64,000 nucleotides of DNA, from NCBI RefSeq assembly GCF_009914755.1, contig NC_060934.1; one strand, 5' to 3'. The translations under genes and the position numbers were made by a program. Of this stretch, positions 17,262 to 28,054 are shown in pieces. Numbering within the stretch: position 1 is the stretch's first letter; the number at the start of each line of letters is the position of its first letter. Below the pieces are notes generated by a model that saw nothing but the letters and a program-made list of their open reading frames with translations, did no database searches and was not told where the DNA came from. The DNA comes from the human T2T-CHM13v2.0 reference genome, Homo sapiens.

Positions 17262-19197
17262 TTTAAAATTATACTTTAAGTTCTGGGATACATGTGCAGA
17301 ATGTGCAGGTTTGTTACATAGGTATACACATGCCATGGTGGTTTGCTGCACCCATCAACTCATCATCTACATTAGGTATTTCTCCTAATGTTATCCCTCC
17401 CCTAGCCCCCAACAGGCCCCAGTGTGTGATGTTCCCCTCCCTGTGTCTATGTGTTCTCATTGTTCGCCTCCCACTTATGAGTGAGAACACGTGGTGGTTG
17501 TTTTTCTGTTCCTGTTAGTTTGCTGAGAATGATGGTTTCCAGCTTCATTCATGTCCCTGCAAAGGACATGAACTCATCCTTTTTTGTGGCTGCATAGTAT
17601 TCCATGGTGTATATGTGCCACATTTTCTTTATCCAATCTATTGTTGATGGGCATTTGGGTTGGTTCCAAGTTTTTGCTATTGTGAATAGTGCTGCAATAA
17701 ACATATGTGTGCATGTGTCTTTATAGTAGAATGTTTTATAATCCTTTGGGTATATACCCAGTAATGGATGACTGGTTCAAATGGTATTTCTGGTTCTAGA
17801 TCCTTGAGGAATCGCCACACTGTCTTCCAGAATGGCTAAACTAATTTACACTCCTGCCAGCAGTGTAAAAGCGTTCCTATGTCTCCACATCCTCTCCAGC
17901 ATCTGTTGTTTCCTGACTTTTTAATGATCACTGTTCTAACTGGTGTGAGATGATGGCATCCCATTGTGTTTTTGATTTGCATTTCTCTAACGACCAGTGA
18001 TGATTACCTTTTTTTCATATGTTTGTTGACCATATAAATGGCTTCTTTTGAGAAGTTTCCGTTCATATCCTTTGCCCACTTTTCTAGTAAATTTTTTCAA
18101 GTTCCTTGTAGATTCTGGATATTAGCCTTTCGTCAGATGATAGATTGCAAAAATTTTCTCCCATTCTGTAGGTTGCCTGTTCACTCTGATGGTAGTTTCT
18201 TTTGCTGTGCAGAAGCTCTTTAGTTTGATTAGATCCCATTTTTCAATTTTGGCTTTTGTTGCCATTGCTTTTGATGTTTTAGTCATGAAGTCTTTGCCCA
18301 TGCCTATGTCCTGAATGGTATTGCCTAGGTTTTCTTCTAGGGTTTTTATGGTTTTAGGTCTTATGTTTAAGTCTCTAATCCATCTTGAGTTAATTTTTTT
18401 ATAAGGTGTAAGGACAAGGTCCAGTTTCTGTTTTCTGCATATGGTTAGCCAGTTTTCCCAACACCATTTGTGTTCTCTCTTATTTCCTTGAGCAGTGGTT
18501 TGTTGGTTTGTAGTTGTCCTTGAAGGAGTCCTTCACATCCCTTATAAGTTGGGTTCCTAGGTATTTTATTCTCTTCATAGCAATTGTGAATGGGAGTGCA
18601 CTCATGATTTGGCTGTTTGTCTATTATTGGTGTATAGGAATGCCTGTGACTTTGCACATTGATTTTGTATCCTGAGACTTTGCTGAAGTTGCTTATCAGC
18701 TTAAGGCGATTTTGGGCTGAGACAATGGGGTTCCAATCCAGCAGCACATCAAATGCTTATCCACCATGATCAAGTCAGCTTCATCCCTGGAAGGCGAGGC
18801 TGGTTCAACACATGCAAATCAATAAATGTAATCCATCACATAAACAGAACCAATGACAAAAACCACATGATTATCTCAATAGATGCAGAAAAGGCCTTCG
18901 ATAAAATTCAACACCCCTTCATGCTAAAAACTCTCAGTAAACTAGGTATTGATGGAACGTATCTTAAAATAATAGCTATTTATGACAAACCCACAGCCAA
19001 TATCATACTGAATGGGCTGGAAAGCATTCCGTTTGAAAATCAACATGAAACAAGGATGCCCTGTCTCGCCACTCCTATTCAACATAGTATTGGAAGTTCT
19101 GGCCAGAATAATCAGGCAACAGAAAGAAAGAAAGGGTTTTCAAATAGGAAGAGAGGAAGTCAAATTGTCTCTGTTTGCAGATGACATGATTTTATAT
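17262..19197 (-). mobile_element. L1PA6/7-like with 5' inversion (18733-19197 in + orientation) and internal deletion
   Basis: Minus-strand 3' part 17262-18732; plus-strand RT peptides [37 protein letters not shown]; TSD-like ttggt(a/g)ttt at 17253 and 19198. Confidence 0.93.
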
Positions 19198-21010
19198 TTG
19201 GTGTTTCTTTTTTGACCCCAATTTGTTTAATTTCCAAATATTTGAGGATTTTTCAGATCTTTTCTCTGATTTCTTTTTAACCTAATTTCATTGTGGTCAG
19301 AAAAACATATTTTGCTGATTTAAATTCCTTTAAACTTACTGAAATTTATTTTATGGTCCAGATGATCTATCTGGATCCATGAACACTTGGAAACAATGTA
19401 TATTTTGTTTTTGTTAGGCGATGTGTTTATAAATGTCAATTAGGTCAAATTGATTCAAAGTGCTGTTTATATCTTCTAGATCCTTAGAATTTTTTTCTAT
19501 TTTAATTGAGAGAAGAGTGTTGATACCACTAACGATAGTTCTAGTTTTGTCTGTTTTTCCTTTGGTCTGTTAGGTTTTGCTTCATGTATTTCAGGATTTC
19601 TTATTGGGTACATATACATTTAAGATGATATCTTCTCAAAATGCCTCCTTTATTTTTATAAAATACCCCTTTATATTCCTGGTAATGTTCCTTCATCTGA
19701 AGTTTTTTTGGTCTGAGATTAAGATAATCATTTCGGCTTTCCTTTGGTTAGTGTTTGCATAGTTTATCTTTTTTTGTACTTTTAATTTGCCTGTGTTTCT
19801 ATATTAAAATTGGATTTCTTGTAGACAGCAAATTGTTGATCTTGCAGTTTCCCCTCTGTGGCAGTCTCTGAGTTTTAACTGAAGCGTTTAGACTACTTAC
19901 ATGCAATATGATTATCAATATGGTTATGTTTAAATCTGCCATCTTACTAGTTATTTTCTAGTTGTCTGATCTGTTCTTTTTTCCTTATTTCCTGCTTTCA
20001 TGTGGATTATTTTTCATATTCTGATTTTACCACCAATGGCCTATTAGCTAAATATCTTTGTTTTATTTTATATTTTAGGGGTTGCTCTTAGATTTACAAA
20101 TTTGTGTATGATATAAGAAACTTGCTCTGTATACTTCAATTCCCTCCCTTTTTCTATTGTGGTGGTGCATTTTACTTCTACATATATTATAAATCCCACA
20201 ATACATTGTATTATTTTTGCTTTAAAAAGTCAAATAATTTTTAAATACTTTTTTTAAAATGGGAGAAATGACTTTATACTTACCCATATGTTTACCCTTT
20301 CTGGAGCTCTTCATGCCTTTGGGTTAGGTTAAAATTTCCATATGAAAATTAGTTTTCCAGTTTCCATATTTCATATATTTTCTGTCTGAAGAACTTTCTA
20401 CAACTTTTCTTGTACTTCAGGTCTACTGTAGACAAAATAATGGAGCTTATGTTTGTCGGAAAAAGTCATTCTTTTGCCTTCATTTTTGAATAGATTCAAA
20501 TACAATTTTAAGTTTACAGGTTTTTATTTTTTATTTTTAACAAATCACCTTAAAGCGGTCATTCTGGCTTGTATTACTTATGACTGGAAGTTTACAGTCA
20601 TTCTTATCTTGTCTGTATGTAATATTTCCCTCCCCCATACTCCATTGCTTTTAATATTAGTATCTTTTAAGCAATTTTATTGTATACTTTGGTGTGGTTT
20701 TCTTTATGTTTATATTGCTTGGGATGAATTGAGCTTTTGGAATCTGTAGGTTTACAGTTTTTGTCAAATTTAGAAAAATTTTGACCATTGTTCTTCAAAT
20801 ACATATTTTTTGCTTTATCCTCCTACCTCCAAGACTATAATTATATACTGTTCAATGTTGTCTGACTAATCACTGGGACTCTGGTAATTTTTGTAAAAAA
20901 AAAAAAAATCCCTTATTTCCCTTCTCTCTGCTTCAGTTTAGGTAGTTTATATTGCTAAATCTTCCAGTTCTTTGATCTTTTAAATATAGTGCCTGATATA
21001 CTTTTAATAG

Positions 21011-21454
21011 TGGGTGGTTAATTTTATGTGTCAACTTGACTGGGCCATGGTGCCTACATATTTGGTTAAACATTATTCTGGATGTTCTGTGAGGGGTTTT
21101 TTTGGTTTTATTTTGTTTTTGTGGATGAGATTAATGCTTAAACTGGTGGATTTAGGAAAGCAGATTGACCTCCATAATGTGAGTGGGCCTTATCCAATCA
21201 GTTGAAGGCCTCAAAAGAAAAAAGGCTGACTTCCCTTGACCCAGAATTCCTGAGAAGAAATTCTGCCAGCAGAGAGCTTTTGGACTTGAACCGAAACATC
21301 ATCTCTTCCCTGGATCTTCAGTCTGCTGGCCCACCCTGTAGATTTTGGACTTGACAGCCTCCACAATTGCATGAACCAATTCCTGGAAATAAATCTCTCT
21401 ATGTATATTCACATCCTGTTAATACTGTTTCTCTGGAGAACATTGAGTAATACA
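21011..21454 (+). mobile_element. MLT2 (MLT2D-like) ERVL solo LTR
   Basis: tg..tggttaattttatgtgtcaacttgactgggcca ... ccaatcagttgaaggcct ... ctgtttctctggagaac...taataca. Confidence 0.9.
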
Positions 21455-21702
21455 ATTATATTCAGTAAATTTTTCATTTTTGCTTATGTTATACCTCTAA
21501 AATTCCATTTGGTTCTTTTTTCATGACTTTTATATCAGTACATTCTATGTTCATGTTATGTTTTATTCCTGAACACATTTATAATACATGTTTTAAAACC
21601 CTTGTCTGCTATTTCCATCATTTCTGGATCTGTTTGATTTGACTGCTCTTTGTTCAGTTATGGGTCACATCTTTCTGCTTCTCTGTATGTCTATTAGTTT
21701 TT

Positions 21703-23607
21703 TTTAAACTTTTATTTAAAGTTCTGGAGTAAACATGCAAGTTTATTGTATATATTGTGTGTCACGGGGGTTTGAGAGTTCCCTTTCCTCCACAACCTAG
21801 CCAGCATCTGTTATTTTTCGACTTTTTACTACTAGCCATTCTGACTGGTGTGAGATGGTATCTCATTGTAGTTTTGAGTTGCATTTTTCTAATGATTAGT
21901 GATGTTGAGATTTTTTTTCATATGCTTGTTGGCCGCATGTATGTCTTCTTTTGAAAAGTGTCTGTTTATGCCCTTTGCTTACCTTTTAATAGAGTTGTTT
22001 GTTTTTTGCTTGTAAATTTGTTCAAGTTCCTTATAGATGCTGTGTATTAGACTTCTTTTAGATGCATAGTGTGCAAATATTTTTTGCCATTCCCTAGGTT
22101 TTCTGTTTACTCCGTTGATAGTTTCTTTTACCGTGCAGAAGCTCTTTAGTTTAATTGATCCCATTTCTCAATTTTTATTCTTGTTGAAATTGTTTTTCAC
22201 ATCTTCATCATGAAATCTTTTCCAGGGCTTATGTCCAGAATTATATTTTCTAGGTTATATTCCAGGGTTTTTTTTTCCTATAATTTTAGGTTTTACATTT
22301 AATTATTTAATCCATCTTGAGTTGATTTTTGCATATAGTGTAAGGAAAAGGTCCAGTTTCAGTCTTCTGCATATGACTAGCCAGTTATCCTAGCACCGTT
22401 TATTGAATAGAGAGCCCTTTCTCTATTGCTTGTTTTTGCTGACTTCGTCAAAGATTGGATGGTTGTATGTGTGTGGCATTATTTCTGGGCTCTCTATTCT
22501 GTTCTATTGGTCTATGTGTATGTTTTGGTAGTAGTACCATGCTATTTTGGTTAGTGTAACCTTGTAGTATACTTTGAAGTTGTGTAGTATGATGCCTCTA
22601 GCTTTTTTTTTTTTTTTTGCTTAGGATTGCCTTGGCAATTTGGATTGTTTTGGGTTCTATATGCCTTCTAGAATAGTTTTTTTTTTTAATTCTGCAAAGA
22701 ATGTCATTGGTAGTTTGATAGGAATAGCATTGAATCTGTAAATTGCTTTGGGCACTATGGCCATTTTAATAATATTGATTCTTCCTATCCATGAGCATGG
22801 CATGTTTTTTCCATTTGTTTGTGTCATCTCTGATTTCTTTGAGCAGTGTTTTGTAATGCTTGCAGGTTGTTTAATATCCATATAATTATATAATTTTAAG
22901 CAATTTTCTTAGTATTGATTTCTGTTTTTATTGCACTATGGTCTGAGGGTGGTTGGTATTATTTGTTTTTTTGAATTTACTGAAGATTGTTTTATGTCTG
23001 ATTGTGTGGCTGATTTTATAGTATGTACCACATGCAAATGAGAAGAATGTATTTTCTGTTGTTCTTAGGTGAAGCATTCTATAGATATATATTAAGTTAA
23101 TTTGGTCGTGTCTAGTTCAGGTCCTGAATATCTTTATTAGTTTTCTGCCTTGATAATATGTCTAATACTGTCAGTGGGGTGTAGAAGTCTCCCACTATTA
23201 TTGTGGGGTTATCCAAGTCTCTTCGTAGATCTCAAAGAACTTGCTTTATGAATCTAGGTGCTTCTGTGTTGGGTGCATATGTATTTAGGATAGTTAGGTC
23301 TTCTTGTTGAATCAAGTCATTTATCATTATGTAATACCCCCCCCCCTTTTTTTTTAAATCTTTGTTTAAGGTCTGAAATTAGAATAGTAATCCCCGCTTT
23401 TTTCTGTTGTCTGTTTGCTTGGAAGATTTTTCTTCACCCCTTCAGCCTGTGGGTGTTATTGCTCATGAGATGGGTCTTTTGAAGACAGTATACTTTTGGG
23501 TCTTGCTTCTTTATCCAACTTGTCACTCTGTGCCTTTTAATTGGAGGCATTTAGACCATTTACCAAAATTAGTATTGATATGTGTGAATTTGTTCCTGTC
23601 GTCATGC
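21703..23607 (-). mobile_element. Older primate L1 (L1PA15/16-like) with two large internal deletions
   Basis: Perfect 15-bp TSD tgtctattagttttt at 21688-21702 and 23608-23622; ORF2 peptides at 21979-22164 and 22657-22881. Confidence 0.9.
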
Positions 23608-23684
23608 TGTCTATTAGTTTTTGACTGCATGCTAGACATTTTGAATTTTACATTATTTAATGATGGGTTTTTATTGTTATTGTT

Positions 23685-24060
23685 GGTATTAGTTGGCTAG
23701 AATTGCCATAAAAAGTATCACAGACTGGATACCTTAAACAGTGGTAATTAATTTTTTCACAGTTCTGGAGGCTGGAAGTCTTAAGTTGTTGGCAGGTTTA
23801 GTTTTTCCTGAAGCCTCTCTTCTTGGCTTGCAAATAGCTACCTTCTTACTGAGTTCTTACATGGCCTCTTTGTGTGTTCATTTCCCTGGTATATTTTTCT
23901 TTTCTTACAAGTACACTAGTCATAATGCATTAGGGTCCTGCCCTTATGACCTCATTTAATTGTAATTATCTCTTTAAAGGCCCTGTTTCCAAATACAGTC
24001 ACATTGGGGCTTAGAAATTCAACATATAATTTTTTTGGAAAAACAATTCAGTCCATAATA
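23685..24060 (-). mobile_element. MLT1A/MLT1B solo LTR
   Basis: cacagttctggaggctggaagtc, ttatgacctcatttaa, ccaaatacagtcacatt, acaattcagtccataa. Confidence 0.85.
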
Positions 24061-25154
24061 TTGTTGTTTTAGTTTCCTTTAACGAGTGCCAGGCTTTGTT
24101 CTGAAAGGTAGTTTTGTTGCTTGGGGATCAGCTTAATCTTTTGAGGATTGTTTTTAATTTCTTTAGGGCAATTTTACAGTAGCCTTTACTCTAAATCTGG
24201 TTTAGCCCCACTGTTATGGCGTGGCCCTTCTAGACTCTCTACTGAATATTGCAATGATCAGTAATGAGTCTCTACTCTGGCTGGTCAGAGCTTAAGTTTC
24301 TCTTAGTGCTTTTAGTTTTGGGAAGTGTTCAGCTTATAGATCCTGGTCATAATTTTCCTGGCGTTGTGGAGTTTCACCATACTAATGTACAGCTTAGAAC
24401 TTAGCAACAGACTATAGGGGACCCTTGAGTTATCTGAAGCTCTTTCTCTGCATAAATCTCACCTGTCTGGAATTCTGCCCCCACAAAGTCGAGCTGTCTC
24501 AGCCTACTCAAATTCAGGTTGCTGTATCCTCAGTCCAGCAAGATTTCCAAGCCCTGCTTGGCATTCTCCTCCCTGTCTATGGTCTGTAAAGTGCCTCCAT
24601 CAAGTTGCTAGGGCAATAACAGGGCTCACCTAATTTCCATTTTTTTCATAGGTCACAGTCCTATATTGAATATCTGGAAACCATTGGCTGTATGTCCCAC
24701 TTTCTAGTTGCTTACAGTGAGAGGCCATATCCATTATTGTTGCATATTAAGATCTGTACTGTCTAGACTTTTGATCTGCTTTAAAAAAAACTTTGTTTCA
24801 AAAGTATTTTCCCCATCATTAAAAACTAGGAACATCATTTTAAATGGTCACCTCTTATTCTATTGTATAAGCCTGTATATTTTGACTGAAGAGCAAGGAA
24901 GGCCAGGAATGGGTTCAGGTGTGTGCTGGAACTTGGCCTCGGTCTTCAGATTGGCAGATGGAGGGGGAGAAGGAGGCACTGAGCTGGGGTAAGTAGGACA
25001 TTGGAACTCTGGGGCTCTATAAGGACAAAGGGGGTGTCCTCTAGGATAAGAGCACTTTCATTCATTCTCTCAAATCATGTCCTGACTTTTCATTTTGTCA
25101 AATAATTACTTATACTTGTGAATAGGTATCCTGCCATCCAAGCTGCTGGACATA

Positions 25155-25390
25155 AGTGGGAAAAGTGTGGCTGCTGGAGGTCAGACATATTTAGCTTGAG
25201 GTTCAGCTTTTTCACTCAATAGTTATGTGGTGTTAGGAAGATCATGCTACACCTTCATAGCTTCTTTTTGCTCAAGTGTAAGGTAGGGAATGAGCATAAT
25301 TTGCTCACAGGGTGATCTGCAAGTTGAACTGAGATAATATCTTCAAGTGCACTGGGTATAGTGTCTGTGTCATGATAGGTTCTCTCTAGT
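25155..25390 (+). mobile_element. MIR
   Basis: ggctgctggaggtcagac...cactcaatagttatgtgg...ctcacagggtg...tgagataat. Confidence 0.6.
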
Positions 25391-25762
25391 TGGCTGTAGG
25401 GTTTATTTATAAAATCAGGTGTAAAACACCGGGCTGGGGGCCTCTAGGCCCCTAGGAGTCCCCTAGCCTAATCAATTAATTAACTAGGCTAGAGATTACC
25501 AAACAGGGTCCAGAAAGAATGGAACAAAAAACAAGTACATTTTGATGGAGCTAGACTCTGGAAAATCTGGAGTGTGGAAGATCAGGAGCAATTAATGTAA
25601 ATAGGAGGAGGACGAAGCTGGGCCCCATGTAGCATGCAGGAGGATGAGAGTGGTGCGGGGAGAAGGCATGGATAGGGATAGAGTAGAGAGGCACAGAGCA
25701 TGGTGCCACCTGATTCCCCAGTTGACTCTCTGTGTCATTTCCTTGTCTCTCTTTGCTCACAG

Positions 25763-25831
25763 ACCAGAAAAGGAAACCAGGCAGATGATCTCCACTAAGG
25801 TTATCATCAAATTCATGGTTGTGAAAGTCTG
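25763..25831 (+). other. Candidate 69-nt internal exon
   Basis: Long pyrimidine tract tcatttccttgtctctctttgctcacAG, then CTG|GTGAGT donor, in non-repeat sequence. Confidence 0.4.
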
Positions 25832-26274
25832 GTGAGTCTGCCAGATAAGGCTTATCTTTATCTGACAGTGGTCAGGCCACTGTATGGGCAGCTGTTTTAG
25901 TCCCTCACACATAGCGTGGCTGGTCAGCTGTCCAGCCTTCCCAGAGGGCTGCCAGCAGCTGCAACCAGGACAGGCTGTTATGCTAATGAGGATCACCACT
26001 GAATAATCTGCGTTCAAATTATAGCCACTTAGGTGCTGGACCTTTACAAAAGAATTTTTTTTTCACTCAATGTGAACAGACAGGCTGGGCTAATAGTTTT
26101 TATGAATTAACAAAAATCAAAAGCCCAGAGAGTCTTCAAGAGCAAAATGTTAAAAAGCGCTATGGCAATAATTTATCCTAATCATCTTTGGATAGGTTCC
26201 TCATCCAGGCAGAACCAAGCAGTGCTAAGGGAAGGCTCAATGGTGTTCCTGTCTGTTTAGAAGTGCAATCCTGT

Positions 26275-26341
26275 CAGTGCTGCCATGCACACTGCACATT
26301 TGTGCACTGCACAACCTGTTCAACTGTGCATGGCAGCCCTG
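26275..26341. mobile_element. MER91-like hAT-Tip100 MITE (short, palindromic)
   Basis: Terminal inverted repeats cagtgctgccatgcaca / tgtgcatggcagccctg (16/17) around core ttgtgcactgcacaacctg. Confidence 0.75.
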
Positions 26342-26467
26342 GACTAGGAACTCCTTTGTCAAGATTGGCCCTTGGGACATTTGAGAAGTTGTGAAGTTGG
26401 TCTTCATCAGACTTTCATTTCAATTCCTTTCTCTTTTATTTTCCTCTCCTTTTCTTCCTTTTCTTTT

Positions 26468-26660
26468 TAAATAGCCAACATGTAAAGTGTGTATCTTGTA
26501 CTAATCCCTGTGCTAAATACTTTGCATGCATTATTTCATTTGATCCTCACAGGCATCCTGTGATATAAGTGATGCTCTCTCACCATGTTACAGATCAGGA
26601 GTTCAGGGGCTGCTTGAGCTTAGAGAGTTGATAAGTGGTTGAGGGTGAGCCACTGTGCTC
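26468..26660 (-). mobile_element. MIR
   Basis: ctgtgctaaatactttgcatgcattatttcatttgatcctcacag...ttacagatcagga. Confidence 0.7.
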
Positions 26661-28054
26661 TGTGCTTCCCTACTCTATCCCTGTCCATGCCTTCTCCCAG
26701 CACCACTCTCACACTCCTGCTTGCTAGACAGGGCTCAGCTTCATCCTCCTCCTGTTTATATTAATTGCTCCTGATCTTCCACACTCTGGATTTTACAGAT
26801 TCTAGCTCAATCAAAATGTACTTGATGTGTTCAGGCCCAGCTCTATGGGCAGCCATTTCTGTCCCATTGTTCTTTTCTTCCCCTTGTTCTTTGTTTCATT
26901 CTTTTGGGACACTGTTTGGTAGTCTCTAGCCTGGTTAATTGATGCAAGCACAGTGGGTAGGTGCTAGTGGGTTGAGACTACCCCTTTGAGTCTGGCTATG
27001 CATTTTTATCTAGACAGAGAGCACACATTATTCTCAATGATTTCTGAGATGGTGGAAATTTCAGGTACCGTAGTGGTTGCTGGGAGATCTTTAGATTGAG
27101 GAGCTGTTCAGCCTCCTATTCAAAGCACTTCAGCAATGAGGAAAAGAAAAATCACTGCACATATTATGAAATCTGGATTTCAGTCTTGGTTTTACTGTAT
27201 TCTGCTTGTCAGAATTTCTAACTTACCACATTCTGCTTGTTAAAATTTCTGATTCCTGTTTTCTTCATCTTTAAAAAGGGAGGTATTTGATATCTATGAC
27301 CCACATGAGTATTTTAAAGCTAAATCTTTCTTGTGAGAGTGTGTGTAGAATTCATGTGTTCTAGGCATCCTCCATATGAGTCTCAGCTCCTGCACACCAT
27401 TGCAACCATTATTTCCATTGCAGGAGGTGCGAGCAGGTGTTAGTGGTGAAGGGTAAGCAATGCATGTTCACGTCATCTCATTTGTTTCTTGCTAGTAAAA
27501 AAACTCCAGTTTCATTTTCTTGTTCTCCCTCTTCTTTACTTTATCTGGCCAGTTCTTTCCTGATCTGTTCATCATTTCTGCTGTTCTAGTATCTCTGTGT
27601 CTTTTATTACCTCCTTTTGGAAAGCCTATTTCTCCATCCTTGTTGGTCCACCCTGATTCATCCCATAAAACTCACCCCCTTTTTGGGTCACATTTTCTTT
27701 CTTGCCACTCACTCTGATTCGAGTTCTTATTGTACCAGTTAGTCATTTCCTGTTTTTTCCTACACATGGCCTGACACAGAGCAGGTATTTTATTGAATAG
27801 CTGAGGAAATGGGAAGGGAAGATAGTTAATCATTTAATTTGATAAATAGAACAATAGGGGTCAGAGAAATTAAACAATGTGCTCAGTACTCACTGCCAGC
27901 TAGGAGAGACTTGTTAAAAGAGGGCATGCTTTCATGTTGCAAGAATGTCTTGAGATAGTCACAGGTGCATGGCAGCATGGGAAGATTCTAAAGGTTTTTC
28001 CAGAATCTACTGGAGACGTGGCCAAGTACTTGTTTGCTTGGTTGTTCCTTTATT

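Larger units (their letters stand above)
16955..24750 (-). mobile_element. Old L1M element (ORF2 towards 5' region) fragmented by younger insertions
   Basis: ttcaaagaaccagcttttggttttattg, cctctaagcactgctttagctg; resumes tttcttttttgaccc after the L1PA at 19209 and again after the MLT2, second L1P and MLT1 inserts. Confidence 0.7.

Noticed and set aside
27199-27250. 21-bp direct repeat attctgcttgt..aatttct as a CRISPR-like or regulatory array
   Set aside because: Only two copies within a MIR-like relic in eukaryotic DNA; a simple local duplication
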